IMG/VR virus record: IMGVR_UViG_3300032675_000001 | Span: 62,001 to 126,000 of that record | Length of the DNA: 64,000 bases | Reading direction: 5' to 3' (one strand) | Shown: positions 9,147-17,533 of the stretch, piece by piece | How positions within the stretch are numbered: position 1 is the stretch's first letter | How the letters are laid out: the number at the start of each line of letters is the position of its first letter | Notes under the pieces: generated by a model | Told to the model about the DNA's origin: nothing | Databases searched by the model: none | What the model saw: only the letters and a program-made list of their open reading frames with translations | Position numbers and translations under genes: made by a program

Positions 9147-9821
9147 TTATGCCGCTACAGGGGTTTTCTTTGGACGGCCACGGCTCTTCTTTACTGGCAC
9201 ATCAATGACTGCTGGCTTCGCGGGGTCAATTGAAGATGCTTCGTTTAAAAGGCGCTGTGCTTCTGCCAATAGCCCTTGTGCTTCACGGCTCATACGTTCC
9301 GCTTGTGCACGTAGATTATTCGCAAGAGCAGAATCACCTAGGGCATCATTGGATGATGCTGCAATAGGCGTTGAAGGTGGGTCACCGCGCATTCTACGGG
9401 CAACTTCGGCAGGGTCTTGCATCCCACGTTGGCTATCAAGTTCTGCCATTCTCTTGACAGCATCTTCACCCAACTTCATTTCATCAAGAATCTTGTTGAG
9501 TTCACTCAACTTGATCTTCACGTTTGGTGCAGGGGTCATTACGATGTTTTCCGTGTTGACCTTCTTGAGCATACCTTCACTGTGAAGGCGCTGTAGAATG
9601 AAATGACCATCCTTAGTATACGAACGATTTAATGCGTCGGCAAGGTTTTCACTGTTCTGACCGATATCGCTTTCAATGCACCTTATAAGTGGATCGTGAA
9701 TATTCTGTCCGAGAATCTCAGTGTAAACTACCAAGCACATATGAGGCTCACCGGGAACTTCACGAAATACTACCGCTACCTTACGGTCTCCGTGCTTGCC
9801 CACATGTCTCAAAAAACTCAT
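9147..9821 (-). CDS. Hypothetical protein with C-terminal AT-hook-like KKSRGRPKK
   Basis: AGGAG RBS; basic GRP tail. Confidence 0.75.
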   Translation of the reverse strand: MSFLRHVGKHGDRKVAVVFREVPGEPHMCLVVYTEILGQNIHDPLIRCIESDIGQNSENLADALNRSYTKDGHFILQRLHSEGMLKKVNTENIVMTPAPNVKIKLSELNKILDEMKLGEDAVKRMAELDSQRGMQDPAEVARRMRGDPPSTPIAASSNDALGDSALANNLRAQAERMSREAQGLLAEAQRLLNEASSIDPAKPAVIDVPVKKSRGRPKKTPVAA

Positions 9822-9879
9822 ATTGTGTCTCCTTATTATGACTATTGTATTTAATAAGGATTTTCACATTTGAATATTT

Positions 9880-10203
9880 TTAAGACCACCTCGTTAGAAA
9901 CCAAGTTTCTAACTCAGGACTCAGAACGTAGTTCAACGTGTAACCATTGTAACTCGCGTTCCCGTGATTCCACATATGAGGAGGCTGAGACTCTATCCAG
10001 TCTGAAATATTTCCTGTTTTGATAGTATATACGTTCCAGCCAGTTGGACCATGCGTTCCAGACTTTAACCATGGTAGAACCAAAGACTCTAGGATTTCCT
10101 CGTCAATAGTCTTTTGCAATTCTTGTGCCATAATAACTGCAAGTTCGTCTAATTCTTTCCGAGAAAGCCGCGAAAGCTGCACGTTAACTCCAAGTAAGCT
10201 CAT
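9880..10203 (-). CDS. Short protein of the F-x-L-R-W-S family
   Basis: Ends PELETWFLTRWS. Start moved to MSLLGV. Confidence 0.65.
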   Translation of the reverse strand: MSLLGVNVQLSRLSRKELDELAVIMAQELQKTIDEEILESLVLPWLKSGTHGPTGWNVYTIKTGNISDWIESQPPHMWNHGNASYNGYTLNYVLSPELETWFLTRWS

Positions 10204-10435
10204 AAAACAACGCCTCTTTAGGGTCTTCAAATGCAGGGAACTTTTTACCGAACAAATCGCTTGAAACAAGGCCATATCGTCCGATAAGCTTTTCTCTTAT
10301 CCATTCATCCGATTCTTGGGTTGTAGGCGTCTTAGTTCTAACGAAGTGCGCAGGAACGTGCTTCACCTCTCGTTCCATAAACCATTGATGTAGGTTTAAG
10401 TCATTCACGTTCTTCATTGTCTTTGACCAGTTCAT
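10184..10435 (-). CDS. Short protein of the F-x-L-R-W-S family
   Basis: Ends FEDPKEALFYELTWS. Confidence 0.7.
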   Translation of the reverse strand: MNWSKTMKNVNDLNLHQWFMEREVKHVPAHFVRTKTPTTQESDEWIREKLIGRYGLVSSDLFGKKFPAFEDPKEALFYELTWS

Positions 10436-10688
10436 AAAGCATTTCCAACTTATTCAGTGCATCATTTAGAGTTGGATTAGTTTCTGCAAGCCGAATTATA
10501 CGCATCATTCGCTGAGAACGTATAGCGAGTTCCTGTTGCTTAAGCACTTCCGGGTCTTCCCAATGTAGTTCACGAGTTAGAGAACCAAAAGATCGCTTGT
10601 AAATGGTTTTCCCCCCGTCAGGTGACTCAAATATCACCCGACGAGAGGTATCCACCATCATGATTTCCGGCTTACTTCCGGTGGTCAT
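10401..10688 (-). CDS. Hypothetical protein (FESPDGGKT motif)
   Basis: IFESPDGGKTIYKR; start uncertain. Confidence 0.65.
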   Translation of the reverse strand: MTTGSKPEIMMVDTSRRVIFESPDGGKTIYKRSFGSLTRELHWEDPEVLKQQELAIRSQRMMRIIRLAETNPTLNDALNKLEMLYELVKDNEERE

Positions 10689-11973
10689 CATAGATTGCCC
10701 AAGCACCGAACGGCGGGTTCGGATCAGGATCACCGTGAATGATCCACGTGGTGTCACAGTAATCTGCATCACCCCACGAACCAAACGGATAACCGTCAGT
10801 GAAAACGATCAGCCGTTCGGGCACGATTGCTTCTTCCTTGAGAAATTTGAAAATGCAATCAAAGTCAGTGCCACCACCACCATGGATTTGATATTCATCA
10901 ACAGTGTCAAGGTTCTCAGAAGTGAACTCCTGCATGTTGTAGACCTGAGTATCAAAGCAAGCAACACGGATACGGAAACCGTCAAACGCTTCCATCATAC
11001 CGGCAACTTCCGAGAGGAATGCCTGACCCTGCTTCATGGAAATGGAACCCGACATGTCAATCATGACAACAACGTCGATTTCTTCACCGGGGTTCATACC
11101 GGGCATGACAGCATCCATGTGCCAGCCGCGACGAGAAGGACGCATCCAGCTATAATCCGACTTGATAGCAGAGGTCAGATTGGTCTGGATCAGTTCGCGC
11201 CAAGGCATGACCGGATCAGTAAGCTGCTTGATCATGCGTTCAACGCCCTTCGGAATCGAACCAGCTTCGGCAGTAGACGCAGCGTTCAGGATAGCCTGCT
11301 TCACTTCCTGACGAATCTGTTCCTTTTCAGCCTCAGACAGTTGAGGACGGCCCTTGCCCCTACGACCTTCGCCATCCTTGCCATCTTCGCCTTCGCCTTC
11401 GCTATCACCATCACCGTCGATGTGATCGTCCAGCATCTTGTCCAGAAGGTCTTGAACGTTGATGTACTGGACATTCTTCATGAGGTCATCATAGATAGCC
11501 TCAGCAGCCCAGTTTTCATACTTGGCATCGTACAAGCAAGGAACAGTGGTGATGAACTCACCAACCTTGTGACGCTTCAAGTCAGCATTCACAGCATAGT
11601 CATCAGCAATGTTCCAGATTTCAGGATCGCGATTGTCACGACGACCGAGGTGATCGTAGACAACATGCAGAACTTCGTGACCGACGAGGAATTCAACTTC
11701 CTTCGTCTTGAGCATGTTGATGAAGCGCGAGTTGTAATAGAAACGCTGACCATCAGTAGCAGCAGTAGTCAGCCATTCGTCAGCGTTGACAAGCGTGAGA
11801 CGAGTAGCAAGATTGCCGAAAAACGAATGACGAAGCAAAAGACCGATACGAGCAGTAACCAGACGCTCACGGGCAATATGATCAACCTTCGGATCGGTGG
11901 GTCCAACAAGGTTTTCAAACTTCTTGCTGCGCGAACGCTTGGACTTCTTGGGGGCAGTGGTATTGGTAGTCAT
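10672..11973 (-). CDS. Metallopeptidase-like + VWA domain protein (DUF2201 type)
   Basis: TAATDG, HEVLH (HExxH), DMSGS (MIDAS DxSxS), GGGGTDF and VFTDGY motifs. Confidence 0.9.
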   Translation of the reverse strand: MTTNTTAPKKSKRSRSKKFENLVGPTDPKVDHIARERLVTARIGLLLRHSFFGNLATRLTLVNADEWLTTAATDGQRFYYNSRFINMLKTKEVEFLVGHEVLHVVYDHLGRRDNRDPEIWNIADDYAVNADLKRHKVGEFITTVPCLYDAKYENWAAEAIYDDLMKNVQYINVQDLLDKMLDDHIDGDGDSEGEGEDGKDGEGRRGKGRPQLSEAEKEQIRQEVKQAILNAASTAEAGSIPKGVERMIKQLTDPVMPWRELIQTNLTSAIKSDYSWMRPSRRGWHMDAVMPGMNPGEEIDVVVMIDMSGSISMKQGQAFLSEVAGMMEAFDGFRIRVACFDTQVYNMQEFTSENLDTVDEYQIHGGGGTDFDCIFKFLKEEAIVPERLIVFTDGYPFGSWGDADYCDTTWIIHGDPDPNPPFGAWAIYDDHRK

Positions 11974-12002
11974 TGTGGTTACCTTTCGTTGTTGATGAAG
12001 TG

Positions 12003-12031
12003 ACATTACGCTATACACGGAGCGATGTCAA
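12003..12031 (-). promoter_or_regulatory. Sigma70-type promoter for the VWA gene
   Basis: TTGACA-17nt-TAATGT with an upstream T-tract. Confidence 0.6.
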
Positions 12032-12048
12032 CTCAAAAAATGATTTTT

Positions 12049-12147
12049 CTATTGCCCATATAACAAACTTCGCCAGAGCAGCACCAGTGCTACTCCAGCG
12101 ATGAGTATGGCAAGAAATGTTAAAATAGATAGTAGCATATTTGCCAT
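12049..12147 (-). CDS. Small single-TM peptide (32 aa)
   Basis: Not in the track. MANMLLSILTFLAILIAGVALVLLWRSLLYGQ*. Confidence 0.4.
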   Translation of the reverse strand: MANMLLSILTFLAILIAGVALVLLWRSLLYGQ

Positions 12148-12150
12148 TCC

Positions 12151-12183
12151 AAAAAAGTGGGGAGGGTGTCTCTACCCTCCCCA
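12151..12183 (-). terminator. Rho-independent terminator after the AAA+ gene
   Basis: TGGGGAGGGT-AGAGAC-ACCCTCCCCA followed by C and TTTTTT. Confidence 0.85.
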
Positions 12184-12196
12184 TGGAGCCGCTGGA

Positions 12197-13294
12197 TTAG
12201 TTACCAGCTTCCACGATGTACTTGCCGTACTTCTTGTGGAACTCGTCAAAGTTGCTCAACTGAGAAGGCTCAATCGGCAGCTTGTAGGTCTTGAGGGCAA
12301 TCTTGGCACCCATCACGACCAACTCCGTTTCAAAGTTCTTCATGATGTACTCAAAGAAGTTGTCAGCCATTTCGTGGAACTTCTTGTTGTCAGCCGTCTT
12401 GTTCTGGAGGGCATCACGCAGTTCATAGCACATGGAAATGGTCAGCGAGTACATGGCCGAGATTTCCTTGACCTGCAGGTCCTTCACCTTGCCCGAGAGA
12501 ATGTCGGCAGGGTTCGGCATACGACCAGCAACCTTGCGGTGAGCCATGAACTTGGTGGCGAGACCATCACCAATGGAACCAGCGACCAGGTTGAACAGCG
12601 TATCATTGTCAACGTCTTCATCGTTGAGCAGATCGCTGACAAAGCACCACGAACGCGGAGTAGCGAACGCACGGCTGGACGACTTGGCTTCAAAGTCATA
12701 ACCATCCTGCTTGGAGAACGAGAGATAACCAACAACGTCCTTGTGGATACCCTTGTTCACGGCCCACTGCTGCCAAGCATTGAAGTCATAGCGCATTTCA
12801 ATGTGAACGAAACGGTTGGCCAGCGGCATCGGCATACGATAGGTGACACCCTTGTCGCTGTCACGGTTACCGGCAGCAACGATCACCACGTTGTCAGGCA
12901 GCTTGTACTTGCCGATGCGACGGTTCAGGATCAACTGATAACCAGCAGCCTGCACGGCAGGCGGAGCCGAGTTCATTTCGTCAAGGAACAGAACGACGAT
13001 GGGATAGTTCTTGCAGACTTCTTCGCTCGGAAGGTCAACAGGTTCAGCCCAGTCCATCTTGCCGATGTCCTTGTTGAAGAAGGGGATACCGCGAACGTCA
13101 GTCGGTTCCATCTGCGCCATACGCATATCGTACATATAGCCGCCGAGGTCGTCGGTGATTTCCTGCACGACTTCCGACTTGCCGATGCCCGGAGGACCCC
13201 AGAGGAAGACAGGACGCTTTGCCTTGAAAGCAGTGAGGAGGGCCTTGCGGGCCTGAATCGAGGTAACGGTAAGGGTGTCAGATACTTGAGACAT
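12197..13294 (-). CDS. MoxR-like AAA+ ATPase
   Basis: GPPGIGKS (Walker A), LFLDEMN (Walker B), AAGN, LANRF and TPRSW motifs. GGAG RBS before MSQVSD. Confidence 0.92.
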   Translation of the reverse strand: MSQVSDTLTVTSIQARKALLTAFKAKRPVFLWGPPGIGKSEVVQEITDDLGGYMYDMRMAQMEPTDVRGIPFFNKDIGKMDWAEPVDLPSEEVCKNYPIVVLFLDEMNSAPPAVQAAGYQLILNRRIGKYKLPDNVVIVAAGNRDSDKGVTYRMPMPLANRFVHIEMRYDFNAWQQWAVNKGIHKDVVGYLSFSKQDGYDFEAKSSSRAFATPRSWCFVSDLLNDEDVDNDTLFNLVAGSIGDGLATKFMAHRKVAGRMPNPADILSGKVKDLQVKEISAMYSLTISMCYELRDALQNKTADNKKFHEMADNFFEYIMKNFETELVVMGAKIALKTYKLPIEPSQLSNFDEFHKKYGKYIVEAGN

Positions 13295-13359
13295 GGTATT
13301 AAGCTCCATTAGGTTAAAAGTGATAGAGAGTGTTTTCCTTTGTTGCTCCCTATGAACCC

Positions 13360-13388
13360 CGTATAGCGATGGTTCCGATTCGAGTCAA
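13360..13388 (-). promoter_or_regulatory. Sigma70-type promoter for the AAA+ gene
   Basis: TTGACT-17nt-TATACG. Confidence 0.6.
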
Positions 13389-13416
13389 CAACTATTTTCA
13401 CATTTTTTGAAGCTTT

Positions 13417-13704
13417 TTATGCCATCAGTTGAGCGATGAGGATAAGCTGATCCAAGTGATTGATTGCATTGATGATTTCGTTGAGTTTCTTATCTGAGGC
13501 AATGATATGCTGATTGCTGCGAAGATTGCGCGCAGTCCTTGGCACACTACGAGATTTTACCTCAAGTTTGCTGAGTTCAGTGATCATCCGCTTGATGTTG
13601 CCATGCATCTTATACAAGTCTGGATTATACTCCAGCTTGAAAAGCTTTAACAGCCTTTTGTCAAGGTGTGACTGAGCCGAAATCGCACTATGAATGTTTT
13701 CCAT
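13417..13704 (-). CDS. Hypothetical protein
   Basis: 95-aa ORF preceded by TTGACT-17nt-TAAAGG (13711..13739). Confidence 0.65.
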   Translation of the reverse strand: MENIHSAISAQSHLDKRLLKLFKLEYNPDLYKMHGNIKRMITELSKLEVKSRSVPRTARNLRSNQHIIASDKKLNEIINAINHLDQLILIAQLMA

Positions 13705-13735
13705 GGTCTACCTTTACGATAGCATCGGGAATAAG

Positions 13736-15799
13736 TCAACGTGTTTCTTTCATCATATTGGGATCGTTTGGAGAAAAAGAGCCACGATTTCCGACCGCTG
13801 ATTTAACCTGATTTGGATTAAAAACTACCCAAACTTCACCAGACTTTGCATTGCTATTGTTCGGTATTGATTCATTGATAATAGCACCATCAAAGCCAAG
13901 CTTCTGTAAGGTTTTTACAAAGTGGTCACCTTCTGGTCCGTCAAACAGTTCCCAGCGTTCAAACTCATCAACATAATAATATATTGACCTCAAGTCAATA
14001 CCATTGTCTTTAAATCCTTGCACGGTTTCTTCGTTATCTAACATATGTGAAAGATTGTTATCTCTTAGATCAATGGGATTCTGTACTGAAAGATATACAG
14101 GCAAGATTCGTCCACCTGGCTTATATTCACCGGGGTAATCTGGTCTTTCAATGAAGAGTTCAGCAAACTTTGGGTCAACCGCAAAGAATGATCCATGACG
14201 ATCTACTTCAAATGTCATACCCAGTGCACTTGCAAATCCCGTTCCATGTGTGTTGAATGTATCAAAGTCTTTAGTAGTTGCATGGTAGAATACTATTGGC
14301 TTATGTCCATCCCATGCGTGAGTATGCTGTAACCAGTCATCCATTCTCTTTTGACGATGTTGCTGATCGTATCCTGGGAAGAGTTCTTGTTGTTCTTCTG
14401 CTTCCGATAACATTCTTGACAACTGCTGAATGAAACTTTCAGCTATCTTACCGTTTGGATTAGCTTGGGGAGGGATACCTGCTCGTGAAACTTTAGACCC
14501 AAGCCTTTTTGCATTGTCTTTAATGGAATCTGGTTTCACATCTACAGTAAGAGCAGTCTTAAAACGAGGATCGTTCTTTTCTTTTGCAGATGGAATGTAA
14601 CCTGAGGCTTCATCAATATACGGAAGACGAACATTCTTGTATTGTTCTGGATCATATGGTTTGATTTCTGCTGGTTTCTTAGGCTTTGGACCTCTCCAAC
14701 CGCGTTCCCATGCTGCTGCACCCTTTCGTGCTGCTATATTAACGTCCTCACCGCGATACTTTGCTGATCTGACAAAGTGATCAATCACTTGCTGCTTAGT
14801 GGTATAGGCTTCGTCAAGTTCTTCATCCTCAGCAAAGATACCACGCTTGAAGCGTTCCCATTCACCTTTCATTGCAGCAGCAGCCATTTGCTTTTCATAC
14901 GCTGCTTTAGCTAACTTAGCCTTGAATGGATCAACGGGCTGTTGCTGACCAATTTCTTCTGGTTTGATATTATACTGCTTCATCATTTTATCAATGATTC
15001 GCTTTATACTTTCAATCTCAGATGGAGTTCTTCCGGCAGTGTTTTGTAGCTTTTTGATCTTTAGTAGAGCATCATCGCGAGTACCTGCTTCTTCAATGCT
15101 TAATGCTTGACTATGCAGCTTGTCGCTTAGATCATAAAGTTTATCAATGCCACCTTGTGTTCTAATAGCCTTATAGGCAAGATTTTCTGGACTGAACTCG
15201 CCGCCTTTTGACAGTCCTGCTTTACGGTAGCGTTTGATCAGACCGATAACATCATCTATTCTTTTTACACTTTTGGTCTTTAGTGCAAGATCAATCAAAT
15301 CTGACAATTTATTGTATTTTGCTTGGGTTGCATTCTGATCAAAGTTGGCTTTACGTTTAACTGGATGCCTAATCCATTTGTTATGAAGAATACTATATTC
15401 ACCAAGCGATACTACAGGAAGATTAGAATCCTGAACATACACTTCAATCGGAACTCCATGAACTGTGATATCATGTGAGTCGTTGTATAGGGTTTTCTTT
15501 GCGTTGAACAGTTCCTGATAAACTTCATTGTCAGGAAGTTTGGACATGTCTACAATGATGTGAAGATCAAGGTCACTGTGTGGAGTATATGAATAGGCAG
15601 CGTTTGAACCTGATATTCTCACATCTTCTACGTTGACATCTTTGATGCCAAGCGCCGAAATGAAGTCTTCTGCTATATCTAACAGCGCATTTCTAACGTC
15701 TGGATCAAGCTTGTTGTTTACCCATAGCTTTGGGTTAAGTTCATCATGAAACTTAACAGCGTCAGATAATTTAAATGAATGAAGTTCTTTAATGTCCAT
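13736..15799 (-). CDS. Polyvalent protein: Pol-beta-like nucleotidyltransferase + DUF2786-like helix + ADP-ribosyltransferase-like (ART-PolyVal-type) domain
   Basis: GSNAAYSY...SDLDLH; LLKIKKLQ...IIDKMMKQYNI; FYHAT, GSFFA, YLS..NP, GFDG.I and VVFNPNQVKSA.GN.G.F motifs. Late-promoter motif at 15805..15811. Confidence 0.75.
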   Translation of the reverse strand: MDIKELHSFKLSDAVKFHDELNPKLWVNNKLDPDVRNALLDIAEDFISALGIKDVNVEDVRISGSNAAYSYTPHSDLDLHIIVDMSKLPDNEVYQELFNAKKTLYNDSHDITVHGVPIEVYVQDSNLPVVSLGEYSILHNKWIRHPVKRKANFDQNATQAKYNKLSDLIDLALKTKSVKRIDDVIGLIKRYRKAGLSKGGEFSPENLAYKAIRTQGGIDKLYDLSDKLHSQALSIEEAGTRDDALLKIKKLQNTAGRTPSEIESIKRIIDKMMKQYNIKPEEIGQQQPVDPFKAKLAKAAYEKQMAAAAMKGEWERFKRGIFAEDEELDEAYTTKQQVIDHFVRSAKYRGEDVNIAARKGAAAWERGWRGPKPKKPAEIKPYDPEQYKNVRLPYIDEASGYIPSAKEKNDPRFKTALTVDVKPDSIKDNAKRLGSKVSRAGIPPQANPNGKIAESFIQQLSRMLSEAEEQQELFPGYDQQHRQKRMDDWLQHTHAWDGHKPIVFYHATTKDFDTFNTHGTGFASALGMTFEVDRHGSFFAVDPKFAELFIERPDYPGEYKPGGRILPVYLSVQNPIDLRDNNLSHMLDNEETVQGFKDNGIDLRSIYYYVDEFERWELFDGPEGDHFVKTLQKLGFDGAIINESIPNNSNAKSGEVWVVFNPNQVKSAVGNRGSFSPNDPNMMKETR

Positions 15800-15813
15800 A
15801 CAAGTATTTATTG

Positions 15814-16206
15814 TTATGGACGAGCGTTTCTCAATCTTGTAGCAACGTTCTTTGATTTTTTAGGATTTGGAGGATTACCAAAACCAAGCTCATCATGACC
15901 GAATATACCATCTAATACTATGTAAGTTGGATTTCTCCCAGACACTTCATATATAATACTAAAGTTATGCGTTAAGTGGGCTTTTCTTGCCTTTGGTAAA
16001 ATAGTATCAAATGGAGTTCCACTTACCATAGGTTTATCGTTAGCCCCATATGACTGAATGGGGTTATCTGCTTTAGTTTTAAGAAAGTCTTTTAGTTTAT
16101 CCCGAACAGAAGGATTACTAGCAGCAGCACTTGCTAAACTGCTATTAAACAGATCACCATACCTAAAAATGACTTCTGATGTTGCAGGCTTATTATTTTT
16201 GGACAT
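15814..16206 (-). CDS. RelE/YafQ-like ribonuclease-fold protein
   Basis: D.P....., KAHL...SIIY and L.GIFGHDEL resemble the YafQ H...LIY...GSHSEL pattern. Confidence 0.55.
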   Translation of the reverse strand: MSKNNKPATSEVIFRYGDLFNSSLASAAASNPSVRDKLKDFLKTKADNPIQSYGANDKPMVSGTPFDTILPKARKAHLTHNFSIIYEVSGRNPTYIVLDGIFGHDELGFGNPPNPKKSKNVATRLRNARP

Positions 16207-16381
16207 TTACTACCCTATCAACATGCTCAAGCAACTGGTCAATCGTGGCTTCCTGAAAGGAACCACGGCGACCCTTGATCACATTCACAAGGTCTTCGGT
16301 AAGAATGTCGGTATTGTTTTCGGCATCAATAGCCTCAAAGAGAGCCTGTTCGCTGGGTTGGGTAACTTCGGTGATCTTCAT
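16193..16381 (-). CDS. Small acidic protein with MKITE N-terminus (possible antitoxin/head protein)
   Basis: 62 aa and acidic; overlaps the start of the RelE-like gene. Late-promoter motif at 16387..16393. Confidence 0.65.
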   Translation of the reverse strand: MKITEVTQPSEQALFEAIDAENNTDILTEDLVNVIKGRRGSFQEATIDQLLEHVDRVVNVQK

Positions 16382-16422
16382 GGTATTATTTATCCTTGAA
16401 AAAGATATTTGACGTTGGCCTA

Positions 16423-16944
16423 TTAAATCGTCAGACCCAACATGTCAAGACCTTTTTTATGGAAACATTTGGTATTCTCAATCGCTTCTTCTGTACTCAA
16501 TGCGGCGAAACCCTTAGAATGCATTTCTTCATCCGGTAGAATTTTGGAAAACACCTCACGAATGTCTTCGTCAATCTCATTGTCTGCGGCCAATGCACGA
16601 ATGCGAACAAGACGCATTGCTTCGGCATGATGACCTGCTGCGGTTACTTCTTCAAAAGTCTGGACATTTCCTAGGATTTCACTCCAATAACGGTCATGTT
16701 CATATGTTGGGGTTGGCAGTTCAATGTTACGAGCGGCGAGAAGTTCTCCTACCCAGTCGCGGTGCTTAGCTTCATCAGAAGCAATCTTTTCCAAAAGTAC
16801 TTTGCCTTTTCCTTCTGTCGTTTTGGCGAGTGATTCAATTCGTTCTGCGGCAAGAGCTTCACCGATATATTGACGCTGCAACCAGTGATTAAGCTTTTCA
16901 GGAGATGCTTTTACCTCGTTGAGCCACTGTTCGGTAGTTTTCAT
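16423..16944 (-). CDS. Ferritin-like di-iron protein
   Basis: Two E...DExxH units (DEAKH, DEEMH). AGGAG RBS before MKTTEQ; the track start at 17007 lies inside the tmRNA. Confidence 0.8.
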   Translation of the reverse strand: MKTTEQWLNEVKASPEKLNHWLQRQYIGEALAAERIESLAKTTEGKGKVLLEKIASDEAKHRDWVGELLAARNIELPTPTYEHDRYWSEILGNVQTFEEVTAAGHHAEAMRLVRIRALAADNEIDEDIREVFSKILPDEEMHSKGFAALSTEEAIENTKCFHKKGLDMLGLTI

Positions 16945-16961
16945 GATTAATCTCCTATGTA

Positions 16962-17268
16962 AAGTGGCCCGTTCTGTTTCTAGGTGGAGCCGTACCCAGG
17001 AAATCATGCCGCTAGGGCAATATCCATAGTTGAGTTATCGTTTGCAGATAATTCTATTTAGTCTATAATGCGACTAACCAACCAGTCTACTCTCACCTTC
17101 AACTCGTAGTCGAATCCTAAATACGCCCCCATCAACTACTCTGAATCGCTGTGTTTCCGCCAGACAGCTTTTCACCCTTTATAGCGGCGGGTTATCAGAG
17201 TAGATGGTGGAGGCGAGGGGAGTCGCACCCCTGTCCTACGCAGCATTCAGTTTGTATCAACAACTGAT
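16962..17268 (-). ncRNA. ssrA: Circularly permuted (two-piece) tmRNA; outer ends approximate
   Basis: Acceptor piece ...GACAGGGGTGCGACTCCCCTCGCCTCCACCA ends at 17205. A 74-nt intervening segment (17131..17204) is closed by CTACTCTGA/TCAGAGTAG. The coding piece starts GGGGGCGTATTTAGGATTCGAC at 17130. Tag frame 17045..17004 = ANDNSTMDIALAA*. Confidence 0.95.
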
Positions 17269-17299
17269 AACTTACTTATACACTATTCACAGAAACATG

Positions 17300-17491
17300 T
17301 CAAGAAATAACTTGAACCATGTAGTTTTTAGATTTTTCCTCAAACTCTGCTCGTTTGCGATCCATATCAATCTTGCGAAGGAGCAAAGGATCGTTGGGCT
17401 TGATCACATATCTGTTTTTTTCAAGAACAGCCCGAAGACGTTTTTGATCATCCGTGAAAGTTTCACGGTCGCTGTTTATTTTTCTAGCCAT
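17300..17491 (-). CDS. Hypothetical basic protein
   Basis: Short ORF in operon orientation. Confidence 0.55.
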   Translation of the reverse strand: MARKINSDRETFTDDQKRLRAVLEKNRYVIKPNDPLLLRKIDMDRKRAEFEEKSKNYMVQVIS

Positions 17492-17533
17492 TAAAGTTGT
17501 CCTTTGAACCACAATATTTAACATTACCCATCG

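Noticed and set aside
10603-13312. Long + strand ORFs 10603..12003 and 12101..13312
   Set aside because: They are antisense shadows of the codon-biased VWA and AAA+ genes, with no motifs or RBS.
16945-17007. N-terminal extension of the ferritin-like ORF given in the track
   Set aside because: It lies within the tmRNA coding piece; a good RBS precedes ATG 16944.
17205-17240. tRNA-like T-arm and CCA end as a stand-alone tRNA
   Set aside because: There is no anticodon arm; it is the acceptor piece of the permuted tmRNA.
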